Origin: Fistulifera solaris
Taxonomy: Eukaryota
Direction of reading: 5' to 3'
Assembly: GCA_030295235.1 (NCBI GenBank)
Contig: AP026162.1
Span: 1,488,001-1,552,000, forward strand
DNA length: 64,000 nucleotides
The notes below the pieces were generated by a model. That model was not told the DNA's origin. It made no database searches and worked only from the letters and a program-made list of their open reading frames with translations. A program made the translations under genes and the position numbers. Shown here one piece after another: positions 1 through 11,454 of the stretch (the first letter of the stretch is position 1; the number at the start of each line of letters is the position of its first letter).

Positions 1-484
1 CTTCAATCAAAGAGGCTGAACCGGAGGTGGATGCGATAGCGGGGTCGAGTGTTGAGATTCCGGTTGGTATAGAGTCAGCTGTGATGCCAACTTTGGATGA
101 TCTGGTTGATATGAAGGAGGATGCGATGCCGAGTTGGGATCATGCGATGTCAAAGAAAAAGAAAAAGTTCTGTTTCTTGCCTCCGCACCCGTCCTTACCT
201 GGAGCGGAAGTGCAAGGTTGTTGTTTGCTCGCGCATGCGCCCGTACTTGCATCGGCAGTGCAAAAGAATGTTCGAGTTTTGGTAGTTCAATAAATTGATT
301 TATTGATCTTGGTGCCAGAAAAGCGGAGGATGAGAGAATGTCATGAGGAGGTGCTGGCATCCCGGTTGCGTTGAACTCGACGATAGAATAACTGGCAGGG
401 ACCGTGACAAGGTACGATCACTCTTGAATCCAAAATCTTTTCTGTGTTTTTCTTTCAAAACCCAATCAATTGGCCAGGCGTGGC

Positions 485-875
485 GAGCCAACTCTCGCGT
501 TGCGATGAAGGTAGGGCCCCATTCTCTCGTTAAGACGCCAGATGCGTCGTCTGCGAGTGTGATTTATGTGTTGAATCACTCGTAGTTCGGTGACTTGGTG
601 CAGTGAGACTCAAAATGGTGTTCTTTCTTCTAGCTCCGCGTGCAAGAGTTGAGCTCCTTTTGATTTTGGGATCTAGGCGAGGGCAAGCCAACTCTCCCAC
701 TGCGATGAAGTTAGGACCCCATATCTCTCGTTAAGACGCCAGATGTGCCGTCTGCGGGTGCGACTCATGTGTTGAATCACCCGTAGCTCGGTATCTTGGT
801 GCAGTGAGACTCAAATTGGTGGTCTTTCTTCATGCTCCTCGTGTAAAGAGTTGGGCTCCTTTTGGTTTCGGGACC
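485..875. repeat. Two diverged ~200-bp tandem copies (485-673 and 686-875)
   Basis: Both copies read GCCAACTCTC..TGCGATGAAG.TAGG.CCCCAT..TCTCGTTAAGACGCCAGATG..GTCTGCG.GTG.GA.T.ATGTGTTGAATCAC.CGTAG.TCGGT..CTTGGTGCAGTGAGACTCAAA. Confidence 0.9.
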
Positions 876-1151
876 GGCGTTCTATCTATTTTGTCTAAAA
901 AATGAGAAGTAGTAGACTGGATTTTTTATTAAAATCTTTCTAGTTTTGTAGTTTGCTCTATGTTTGATCCTGGTATACACAGATCGCAGCGTTGGTGACT
1001 ATCGAGTCTTCCGATTGATCGAATACAATTCACGTCGAACCCGGTAATCCCTGATTCGGGAGCACTGGCAATCGACCCTGCTCGACTTGATTTCCACTCA
1101 ATAATTATGCTTTCTTCTTTTCCGAAAAGTTAGTCACCAATAGATCATCTT

Positions 1152-1483
1152 CGGAGAACTATGTCAGCACTTGCTCATTGCAGGTAGCCATAGGGATTAA
1201 ATACAGTATGCCCGTATTCAAGTTACGACCAAGCGCAAGCATAATACGTCCATGATCTCTCCCATTTCGTACTGACGCGGGAGCGTTTGGACTTATTCTC
1301 GATTCCCGTTCATATCTCTTTTTTTCGTCTTTTGATGTTTTATTACAGCTCATATCATGGACAAGCTGTCTAGAGAAGGTGCAGTGACTAGATTTGCACG
1401 CCGCAACCCTCTTCTCGAGAACAAGTACCAAGCGCGCTATATCTTTACATTGTTACGAAGCTGTCATGCAACCTTGGTGAACA
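1152..1483. mobile_element. Possible LTR-like segment (TG...CA bounded) at the end of a repeat-derived region
   Basis: Begins TGTCAG and ends TGAACA, next to a gene-free region with tandem repeats. No clear PBS or PPT and no partner LTR in the window. Confidence 0.2.
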
Positions 1484-1599
1484 TGTACACTTTCTTTTTT
1501 CAATCACAGTCTTGATTCGAGCGCCTTTTCTTCGTCGGCTATCTTTACCCCAGTGGATCGATTGTACTCCACCTTATCCGTAGAATAGCCGCAAGGAAT

Positions 1600-2060
1600 G
1601 AATATCCCCCAACAGACCCTCTTTAGCCGCAAGCTCACATACCTGCCGTTGGAAAGATAGGTTGGTCGAAAATCCCACGTTTCGACTTGATATGCCTCAC
1701 AACATCTAGTACAGGAGTCCTTTCCAACATGATCATAGCAGCTGCTACAATGATCATAGCAGCTGCTACAATCAGAACAAAACGATTTTGTCCTCCGAGG
1801 CAATGAAGTAGAATTGTCCCACCACTTTCTTTGGCTTCCTGTAGGAAGTTCCTGCATTCTTCTCGGTGCAAACCAAGCATATCGTAATGTTCTTCGTCGA
1901 CGCCCTTGAGATAGAAATGTTGAATGATTTCACTGGCCAGTATCCTGGAATCGACTGTAGCTTTTCGTCCAGCATGTAATTTTTAGTCACGACGTGTGTA
2001 ATGTCGGCTACCCAGGTCAGATCTCGTTCACGGGCACTTTTGACTTTCAGGATTGTCAAC
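1600..2060 (-). pseudogene. Degenerate dual-specificity protein phosphatase
   Basis: Pieces in different frames: ITHVV..., YDMLGLHREECRNFLQEAKESGGTILLHCLGGQNRF (HCxxGxxR loop, following Ser replaced by Phe), VLDVVRHIKSKRG. Frameshifts plus a 21-bp tandem duplication at 1729-1770. Confidence 0.7.
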
Positions 2061-2295
2061 GCATCGGAGAGGAAAAGCCATGGTCGCTCTGGTAAGCCTC
2101 ACGTGTTACTATGTTGTTCATTCACCGCTCGAACCCATGCTCACGGAATTTCATCCTCTTCCGAATTTATTCAAGTCTTTTTGAAGGTTCCTTTGATCGT
2201 TATACTTTGTCAAATATGTAATGGAAGGGGTTTGTTGTGTGTTGTTGATGGTGCGTTTTTTTTTTTTTCTTGTTTTCTTTTCGATCGTTCATCTC

Positions 2296-2322
2296 TCACT
2301 CATCACTCATCACTCATCACTC
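2296..2322. repeat. (TCACTCA)n microsatellite, ~4 units
   Basis: tcactcatcactcatcactcatcactc. Confidence 0.85.
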
Positions 2323-2660
2323 TAGTCTATGACGGATGGGTGGACAGCTTTTCCAGTCCCGGCATGTCTCAAATTCTCTGGTTCCGTATATTGCGTTTTA
2401 TTTTATTTTATTTTTATTATTTAAATATTTAATTCCTAATTATCCTAAAATGCGGATGCATTTTTGACATTCAAGTGAATTTTCCACTGGTTTTTCTCTT
2501 TTGTCACAAATCACTTTTTTCTTTCTTTATTTTTATTTTTGCCAGTCATCATTCATCATTCACCATCATTGCTTGAAGATGATTCTTCATTATAACTTCT
2601 AATTTTAGGCACCCAACAAAGTATACGTGACAATCAATCAATAAAGGAGTTCCGCAAACA

Positions 2661-4024
2661 ATGAAACTATTTCCGAACTCTCTGCATACATGGATATCAT
2701 CCGTCTTCACGTTTTTCCGAGATATCCCCAAGCAAGGAGAAATGGGCATGCTCTGGTTAGGGATGCAGGCTCGTGAAGCACGTTCTTTGGAGGGTCCGGG
2801 AGAAAAAGTGCGTGTTGCATTTCGAAATGAATGTGATGAGACACTGATTCTTTGCTGGGTTGATTGTCAGGGTAATCCGCATCACTTTTATGCGCTTGAA
2901 CCCAAGATTGTGACCTCCGACGAAGATATTGTCACGCATGAGGATCACATTGAAACGACACAAATGGGACACGCTTTCTTGATTCTAGCGTCTTCCGATG
3001 TTCCAGAAATACAAAAACAAAGTCGCTAGAAGGGACTACCTTTGTGGGAGCCTATCGACCTTCTTCGACTGTTACCGAAATAAAAGCGAGATCAAATAAG
3101 CGAACTAAAACGTCTACCTCAGAGTGTGTTCATCTCGTGTCAATTCAAAAACAACAATCAAAAGAGCATGTAGATTGTTTTTCACTTTGCACCGAGGGCA
3201 ACTCCCTTCGGAAGAGGCGTATTGAAATGCGGGAAAATGATAACGACAAGGGCTTCCAATCGTTGAATGAAGAAACAGGTGCGGCCTGGTCCATGACCGT
3301 CCGGCAGGCATTCGTAGACTCCAAACCCATGGACTCAACTTGCAAGCGATATTTCAAACTAAAGATGCACGACGATATGCCAGTCTACGCGGAAGAGAAC
3401 TGGCATGGCGGGGATGAAGAACTAGAGAAAATCTTCTGTGAGGACCTTCACAAGGCATTGCAATGCTTCCCCGAAAAAGCAAGGGAAAGGTTAACGCAAG
3501 GGACCGCTTTCTGGCTCAATTGCAGTTTAAAATATGGCCCTGCAGCCTGTCCTATTGAAGGGAGGGGAATGTGTTTTCATCCCGAATCGGATTGGTTGGT
3601 TCAAAATGGTTGCCATAAAGAGAAAACGCACGGCATTGAACTTTACAAGTCGGAGGAATATTTGCGACTGCGAAAGCATTGGGGACCTGGAGGCGTACTG
3701 GTTCATGAACTTTCCCACGCGTACCACTGCCTGTGCATAAAAGACGGCTATGAAAACGCGGACGTTTTGGCGTGCTATCAGAAAGCAATGGATGAAGAGA
3801 GCTACGAGTCTGTCGCGGTGCATGGCAGTCAAGGACCCAAGGCAAAAGCATACGCATGCACGAATGCTATGGAATATTTTGCTGAACTGTCGACAGCGTT
3901 TCTTGGTGGAACCGATGAAGGCGTTGAGTTTAACAAATGGTATCCTTTTAATCGCAAACAAGTTCGAGAACACGACCCTCGTGCATTTGAGTTGCTACAA
4001 AAGCTGTGGCACGTTTCTGCTTGA
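2661..4024 (+). CDS. VHL-beta-like domain fused to an HExxH zinc metallopeptidase; one homopolymer frameshift near 3015
   Basis: N-terminal VRVAFRNECDETLILCWVDCQGNPHHFYAL...HIETTQMGHAFL; C-terminal VLVHELSHAYH...YACTNAMEYFAE...YPFNR..DP. Restoring one base in the A-run gives ...KSLEGTTFVGAYRP and joins the two ORFs. Confidence 0.75.
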
Positions 4025-4078
4025 GCCGTTGGCTCGGAACAATGTACAAAACAGAGTGACGTGAGGTTAACTATATCA

Positions 4079-7022
4079 TTAATTTGATGTTTGACTACGC
4101 ATTAACTGTTGCTCGCGAATCATTTTTCGCTCGTAGTCGTCAAGTTCTTCGTCGTAATCTGCTCCTCCGTATTCTAATGCATCCATCAATTTAGCTAAAG
4201 CGATTATACTGCCCGTCTGTTGCAAGTAAAGTACAAAATCAATCTGATTTTGCGGATCCTCCTCATCCTCCTCATCTTCCACTGAAACAGACGAAGCAGT
4301 CTTAGTTTCTTTATTATCCACAATTGGGGAACCGGGTCCCTTGCGGATGTTTTTGCTGTTCTTTGTAGTGTCGCTGACAGCTGCAACTTCAGACGACATG
4401 TTGTCTTCCTCTGTATGCTCTTCTCTCAAAGCAACTTCGGGATCATTTGTTTGCTTCGCCTTTTTCTGCTTGAACTTTTCTTTCTTCTTCTTATTCTTAC
4501 TTTTCTTGGAATTCTTCTTCTGAGCTGTCTGTTCTTCGCTGGCCGCCCAAAGCTCTTCTTGATAGTCTAGATGATAAACACGACAATTGCAATTACTGCA
4601 CACGTGACATTTGCATTCTTCGCAGAAAGAAGCGTCGAAAGTCCGGTGTTTCGAAAAGGACATCTTACAGAGAGCGCATGATACAAAGTGTTGCTTCCAA
4701 ATACGTTCCGCTCGTTTCGTGACCGCACTACTGTTGTGAGAATCTCGAGCGTTCTCGATCAAAGATGCACTCACTAGCGTTGGTGTACGGTTATCTTCGT
4801 CATCATCAATTTCTCCTCTTTCAATCTGTTCTTTTCTCACAACTTCTCTCGCTTCTTCGACTTGCAGAACGCGTTCTAGACCTTCGAGTGCCATCATTAC
4901 CATCGACGCTTCAGACAACAGCACCCCAAGAACAGCAACACAGCCTTCGTCGACCAATACTTCAATTTGAGAGTCGCTTCCACAACTGGTTGCATTCAGA
5001 ACAACCCAGCAAGCTTCGCTGCGGACTTCTTGATCGGTCTTTTTGTTTTGTACAATCTCAACAAGCGGGCGGATCGCCCCAGAGTCTATGACAGCTTGTA
5101 TTTGTTCAACGGTACCGGCAGCAATATTTGAAAGCGTCCAGCATGCCTCTTTTGAATTTCTCTGTTGCTGTGGGTCACAAGTTCCTTTAATCGGGGAACT
5201 GCCCCACAATCCAGAATAACTTCGGTGTAGTCCGTCGTCCCTCCATGAGAATCGTCGCTGCATTCCGCACACACTATGTTTCCGATGGTTCGCAGGGCGG
5301 GCTTTGTCACACGCCAGCTGGGATGAGTGAGTAACTCCACGAGGCGCGGTACTAAACCTCAGGCGGGGCCTTGGTGGTGTCGCGGGTGGTCACTACCGCC
5401 GCGATGTGAGAAGAGGGACCGTCGCACAAGTGCGACAGCGTCCAGCACGTATAGCTTAACGTTTCCGAGTCTGTAGTGTGCAAAAGTCGTTTCAAAACGG
5501 GAAGCAAAATGGACATATCAATTTCATCTGAGCTCGAATAATCATTCGACTTGCTTCCTGTCTTACTGTGAGATGACTGCTGAAATATGCCATCAACCAA
5601 ATTAGAAAGAGTCCAACTTCCAATTCGCTGTAACGCGATGTTCTTGGGATGTAACTCCAAGCATCTCAGTAACTGATTAATAACTCCAGCCGCCAAGATG
5701 ACATCCCGAGCAGAAACAGATTTGTCCCTAGTATCTAGTGCATTGTTGCTCGATGAACCACCGCTCGACGACCCACCTGGTGAGTCCCCTGCCGCAATAC
5801 TTCCGAGAATCCACATGGCCTGTTCGTAGACTTCCTTACTCGGACTTGAAAGAAGCGAAATCAGGGTAGGGATTGCGTCTGCGTGTCGGAGCAGCAAGTG
5901 CTGCGAGCTGGCCGATAAGTGTTGCGGAAAAGAAGGCCCTCCAGAGGAACTGCTTACTGGTGTCGGAGGAGGAAGAAAAGCGTTGCTCGGGACACTGCTA
6001 TGCGCTCCTCCTGGCGGCGGGGCAAGCGATGTAAAGTTTATGGCACCCGTTGACGCAAGTCCATTCGCATTGGACCCGTTCGGAAACAAAGGAGCCGGAG
6101 GCATTGGCGGAAGCGACCAAGAATGTGACTTGCTCGCCTTGCTATTATCACCGCTGACTGACGTGCTCTTTTTCTGGCTGTTTGCCTTTGCATTGCTGGA
6201 AAGATCCCAATTGTTTTGCTGTGTAGAATTTTGAAAGGCACTCTGAATGGTGGACGTCAAACTAGCATCAAACGCTGCAACAGCTTCAGGCGACAAAGTC
6301 TGAGAGAAAGAAAGGGGTGGAAATGGAACAGAACCAGGAGCAGGAGCAATGAGGCCCGGGTAAGAGTATTTGGATGGTGCAAACTTGTTCGCCGCCTCGA
6401 GTGCTTCCTGAATGGTCGGAGTGTTTCCGCCGCCAATACCACCATTTTTGACGGCCGACACTGCAGCCTGTGCCGCCGCTGCGACTGCTGACGATTGCTG
6501 TGCCGTATGCTGGAAATAAGACTGTTGCGCGCACAATTCAGCGATATTTGCCAAAGCTAATAACGATTCCACCTGGACTGCAGGCCGATCGTGCAAATTA
6601 AGCCACGATAGAATAAGAGGAATCCAATTCTTTTGTTGCGCAACATACAGCAGCTCTTTATTCGAAGGAAGTAACTGGAAGAACAGGGTACAGTCAGACT
6701 TTGCGATGCCATAATGGTGAACGATTCAACACCCCAATCGTACCTCGCGCAGTTTACGGCAGGTCGCCATTTGTAAATCGACTATGTTTTCTTCAGACGA
6801 CAGCGACAAGTTTCCATATTGCATATCCAATGAAAGGTTCGACGAGTCTCCCGTTTTCTCTTTTTGCGCAATAATAAATTCCCGAAGTTCCTTTGCTAAA
6901 CGTCGGGCCCCCGAGGCAATCTCTTCGGAAGAAGTAATGCTTTCTTTCGCTGTGTCGGCATCGCCGTCTACTGCCAACTTCTTTCTCGCGGGCGGGCCTG
7001 TGCTCTCTTTACCGTCCGTCAT
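4079..7022 (-). CDS. Importin-alpha-like ARM-repeat protein with a low-complexity insert and C-terminal Cys-rich finger; intron 6675-6743; indels near 5357 and 5150
   Basis: Importin-alpha ARM motifs EQAMWILGSIAA, WTLSNL, CWTLSHLCDG, PALRTIGNIV, KEACWTLSNIAAGT, EACWVVLNATSCG; canonical GT-AG intron. Confidence 0.8.
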
Positions 7023-7422
7023 GATAACTTTGCGGAATAAGGAGATTATTGTTCCAGAAACAAGCTGGTGATTGCTAACGGAGTAATTGCTGTTTTGTTC
7101 GTAAAAAGAAACAGCGGAACACCGCGTCGCAATCCACATCGATCGCCGTCCGCGTGCCTGCTGGAAGTGCAATACCGCTAAGATGGCCTGCGTGAGTATG
7201 CCTATAACAAAAAACACAAAAGAAGTGCCGTTACGACGGCTACTAATTTTGGCTCGCTCATTTTGATCGCGATGAGGGTTCGTCGCCCGCCACAATCCTG
7301 CTATTAACACGCAATAAAACAGCTTTGTCGCGGAAACACTCAAAGGTTTTCACCAACAAGATAAATAGAATCTGGACAAAGAAACTTACTATCTACATTG
7401 AAACGAAGAGGTAGCATCAATA

Positions 7423-8952
7423 ATGTCGGACGAAGAAGATTACGAATACGAGTACGACGAAGATGAAGACGCCATGGAAGAGCAGCCCGATTTCGAATAC
7501 ACGGATGAAGAAGAGGAACAAGACGATGGCCAAGTTGCGCTAGAAAATCTCTACTACAACGCCAAGGGTATGAGAGATACAGATGCTGCTGAGGCTAAAC
7601 GAGCGTTTGAGGATGTAATCGTTCAAGAACGCAAACAGAGTGGTGACGATGCGTTTGGTCCCTGGTCTTTCAAAGCGATCAAGCAACTGGTGAAACTGCA
7701 TTTACGTTCAAATGAAGACGTTGAAAATACACGCAAACTCTATTCGCGACTTCTGGAGTGCATTTCAACAGGAAAGGATATCAGCCCGAACGCTGTGGAA
7801 AAAGGAATCAACGGTATGCTGGAGCGAGTAGCTTCTCTGTATCAAACCAGCAAATCCGCGACGGGTTCTTCCACGGCTCAAACGCTGGCAGTTGCTGTTT
7901 ACGACGATACACTACAAGTGTTTCATCCGGTTACAGGGTCCTGTAAAAACGAGCGATTGTGGTTCAAAGCTAATCTTAAGTACGGGCAACTTTTGTACGA
8001 AATGAACGAAACGGGAAAGCTTCAGAAAGTGTTGAAGGATGTCATGCTTCATCAACAAGGAAACGAAACTTCGGCTACCAGCAGCTCTTCAACGCAGACT
8101 ATGGAGATCTACGCACTCCAGATTCAGCTCTATTCTCGTCAGAAAGATCATAAACGCCTTCGCGAAACCTTCCGCAAGGCCATGGCCGTTCGCGGTGGGA
8201 TTCCTCATCCTCGTACTTTGGCTCTCATGCAAGAGCTTGGTGGAAAGATGCACATGGCAGCGCGGGAGTATGAAGCCGCAGGCAAAACATTCTTTCAAGC
8301 ATTTAAATCGTACGACGAGGCCGGCGACCCGAGTCGCTTGCGCTGTTTGAAATATTTGGTCATGGCGAGCATGTTACATGCCAGCTCGATCAATCCGTTC
8401 GACTCGCAAGAGGCTCGTCCGTATCGTGATGATCCCGAAATTCTTGCCATGACCAACTTAGTACAAGCATTCCATAATAATGAAATTCAAACATTTGAGA
8501 AGATTTTGCGACAGAACCAGGGGCGCATCATGGAAGACGAATTCATTCGAGAACACATTGAGGACTTACTTCGAACGATTCGTACGCAGGTGCTTCGTCG
8601 AGTGATTCAGCCTTACAAACGGATTACTTTGAAAGCCATTGCGCACGAACTTAATGACATTCCAGTTTCGGACGTGGAGAGTCTGCTCGTTGGACTTATT
8701 CTTGACGGTCTACTCGATGGTCGTATCGACAAAGTCGATGGCATACTAATTAAAAACGCGAATGCTGGGTCCACCGGTTTGGGCTCGACCGTAGTGTCAC
8801 CGCGGTCGGGCGATGGAGCTGCGGATGGCAATAGTGAGGAGGCGTGCTGCGCCAATATGCAGACTATGATCGATTCGCTCGAACGCTTGTCGGCCCATAT
8901 TACGAGTATCAAAACTAAAGACGGACGGCAGATGCGAAGCGTCGTTGCATAA
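7423..8952 (+). CDS. CSN2: COP9 signalosome subunit 2
   Basis: LENLYYNAKG, NERLWFKANLKYG, EIYALQIQLY, FFQAFKSYDEAG, INPFDSQEARPY; C-terminal PCI domain. Confidence 0.95.
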   Translation: MSDEEDYEYEYDEDEDAMEEQPDFEYTDEEEEQDDGQVALENLYYNAKGMRDTDAAEAKRAFEDVIVQERKQSGDDAFGPWSFKAIKQLVKLHLRSNEDVENTRKLYSRLLECISTGKDISPNAVEKGINGMLERVASLYQTSKSATGSSTAQTLAVAVYDDTLQVFHPVTGSCKNERLWFKANLKYGQLLYEMNETGKLQKVLKDVMLHQQGNETSATSSSSTQTMEIYALQIQLYSRQKDHKRLRETFRKAMAVRGGIPHPRTLALMQELGGKMHMAAREYEAAGKTFFQAFKSYDEAGDPSRLRCLKYLVMASMLHASSINPFDSQEARPYRDDPEILAMTNLVQAFHNNEIQTFEKILRQNQGRIMEDEFIREHIEDLLRTIRTQVLRRVIQPYKRITLKAIAHELNDIPVSDVESLLVGLILDGLLDGRIDKVDGILIKNANAGSTGLGSTVVSPRSGDGAADGNSEEACCANMQTMIDSLERLSAHITSIKTKDGRQMRSVVA

Positions 8953-9358
8953 CCTGAGGCAATACCACTGTTTGCACCGATGTTTACTAAATACTAGGTT
9001 TTGGTCATTGTGCGTACTCTTATTGGTAGCATCTTTGAAGAGAAAAAAGAATGAGGATCTTTATGCGAGCCTCAGTACCGATACCAGAACTTTCCCTACG
9101 AGCGCTACATCAAATTCTACGTAGACATTCGAAGCGTTGCATTTTTCGATCTTTGTACGTTTTGAAGTCAATTTGATGTCGGTTACCATTTACTGGCTCT
9201 TAATCTTCATGACGAGAAAGCGATGGCATCGGTGCAAAATAGACCTGAAAATGGTGACCTCCGGTATCCTTTCTGTCGATTGATTGGTTTCCTTACGAGA
9301 GGTACGTGAAATTTACGTCGACATTCGAAGCGTTCCGCTGCTTTATAAGGACGATTTA

Positions 9359-10330
9359 AAGGACGACATCCGTGCGCATGGGCTTTTGTTTCTAGATTAT
9401 GATAAAATATTCATGACTGAAACGCAGTCGTGGTTTCCTGAAACCAACATTTTGGCCTATAGTAAATATGCGAGAAGCGATCCGCAAACATCTTTAACGA
9501 ATGACTACGAACTCTGCAATGCAAATGCTTTTTTACATTCATGAATTTCCGAGTGAGGACTAGACTACAAAGCTAATATAAAGGACGACATCCGTGCGCA
9601 TGGGCTTTTGTTTCTAGATTATGATAAAATGTTCATGACTGAAACACAGTCGTGGTTTCCTGAAACCAACATTTTGGCCTATAGTAAATATGCGAGAAGC
9701 GATCCGCAAACATCTTTAACGAATGACTACGAACTCTGCAATGCAAATGCTTTTTTACATTCATGAATTTCCGTGTGAGGACTAGACTACAAAGCTAATA
9801 CAGTGTAAAGGACGACATCCGTGCGCATGGACTTTTGTTTCTAGATTATGATAAAATGTTCAAGACAGAAACGCAGTCGTGGTTTCCTGAAACCAACATT
9901 TTGGCCTATAGTAAATATGCGAGAAGCGATCCGCAAACATATTTAACGAATGACTACTAACTCTGCAATGCAAATGCTTTTTTACATTCATGAGCTTCCG
10001 AGTGAGGACTAGACTACAAAGCTAATACAGTATAAAGGACGACATCCGTGCGCATGAACTTTTGTTTCTAGATTATGATAAAATGTTCATGACTGAAACG
10101 CAGTCGTGGTTTCCTCAAACCAACATTTTGGCCTATAGTAAATATGCGAGAAGCGATCCGTAAACATCTATAACGAATGATTACGAACTCTGCAATGCAA
10201 ATGCTGCTTCACATTAAATTGATACTCTAGTTGAGGCCTGCGAAGCTAACAAAAGGACGAAATCCGTGCGCATGGGCTTTTGTCATTAGATTATGATGAA
10301 ATGTTCATGACTGAAACGCAGTCGTGGTTG
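9359..10330. repeat. Tandem satellite, ~218-227-bp unit, four full copies plus one partial
   Basis: AAGGACGACATCCGTGCGCAT starts at ~9359, 9581, 9808, 10035 and (variant) 10253; units near-identical. Confidence 0.97.
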
Positions 10331-10508
10331 CTTAATATCTACTATAGGCGAAAGTGTTGTCATGATGAAACCATGAACATAGGAGTTCTACTTACTCCTA
10401 TGCCATGAAAACGCGACGTTGCAAAAAAATATAAACTCGTGGCAACACCTTACAACTTACAAAACAGAATAGTACCATGGCATACCTGCTATTAATACTA
10501 TTGATTGA

Positions 10509-11372
10509 ATGAAGCATACACTATTACGTCCGGTTCAAGTGAGTGAGCGCCTCGTTGTCATTGCGGGATGGCTTGGATCTCAGCCGAAGCAGTTGCGGCG
10601 TTACGAAGAACTTTACGAACAGATGGGTTTTCAAACGCACAGCCGAATTGCAACCCCGTCGATGATAGTCAAAACATGTTTGGATTCTTCTTCAAAGATT
10701 CATATGCCAACAAACTGGCCGCCTTCGCGCAATTCGCTCACTTCTGTGGAAGATTTGGCCTGGGATATACTGGCACGCGTTCATGAAACGCAATCGAAGT
10801 GCGTTATTTTTCATGTTCTGTCGAACGGCGGATGTTTTGTATGGGAGCACATTCGCCTCATCCTGGGAGGCATCCACAATGATCCTAACAGTGACTCGGT
10901 ACAACCAATTCTGACCAGCATTCAAAAGTCACTCCGCGGCGTTGTATTTGACTCTTGTCCTGCTACCGATGTCGCCTGTATCGACCGAGCTTTGGAGTAC
11001 TGTTCCGAAACAGAGCAAGCCGATGTTTTGCGTGAGTTGAAACAAGATTCTTTGTCGTTTTTAAGAAGCGATAGCAGCCAACAGCTTCTAAATGCCCGCT
11101 CGACGGTCTATGTGGATCGGTTGGGGAGCGATGATTGGGCCCTCCCCCAGCTGTATCTGTACAGTGAAAGTGATCACTTGGCTACGGCACCTGGTATAGA
11201 TGCACTGGTTGACCGTAGAAGAGACTTGCTTGGAAAACGTATGATCTGGAGACGACGATGGAAGAATTCTCCCCACGTCTCTCATATTCGTGAGCATCCA
11301 TCGGATTATAAGAATGCCGTAGACAGTTTTGTTGAATTTTGTTTAAAAGATGATCTCAAATCTTCGCTCTAA
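10509..11372 (+). CDS. DUF829/TMEM53-family alpha/beta-hydrolase-fold protein
   Basis: VVIAGWLGS..L.RY..LY, FHVLSNGG, GVVFDSCP, PQLYLYSESD, SPHVSHIREHP..Y. Confidence 0.85.
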   Translation: MKHTLLRPVQVSERLVVIAGWLGSQPKQLRRYEELYEQMGFQTHSRIATPSMIVKTCLDSSSKIHMPTNWPPSRNSLTSVEDLAWDILARVHETQSKCVIFHVLSNGGCFVWEHIRLILGGIHNDPNSDSVQPILTSIQKSLRGVVFDSCPATDVACIDRALEYCSETEQADVLRELKQDSLSFLRSDSSQQLLNARSTVYVDRLGSDDWALPQLYLYSESDHLATAPGIDALVDRRRDLLGKRMIWRRRWKNSPHVSHIREHPSDYKNAVDSFVEFCLKDDLKSSL

Positions 11373-11454
11373 AATAGTCGATGTATAATGCCTGTTTACT
11401 TTCAAAAGAATTAATTCTATATATTACGTAAGGCTCGCAGTATTGTGTTATTAT

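Noticed and set aside
9359..10330. Hammerhead-ribozyme satellite (retrozyme), snRNA or 5S array, or coding repeat
   Set aside because: No CTGANGA core on either strand of the unit, no recognisable snRNA or 5S sequence, and the units contain stops and mostly break frame.
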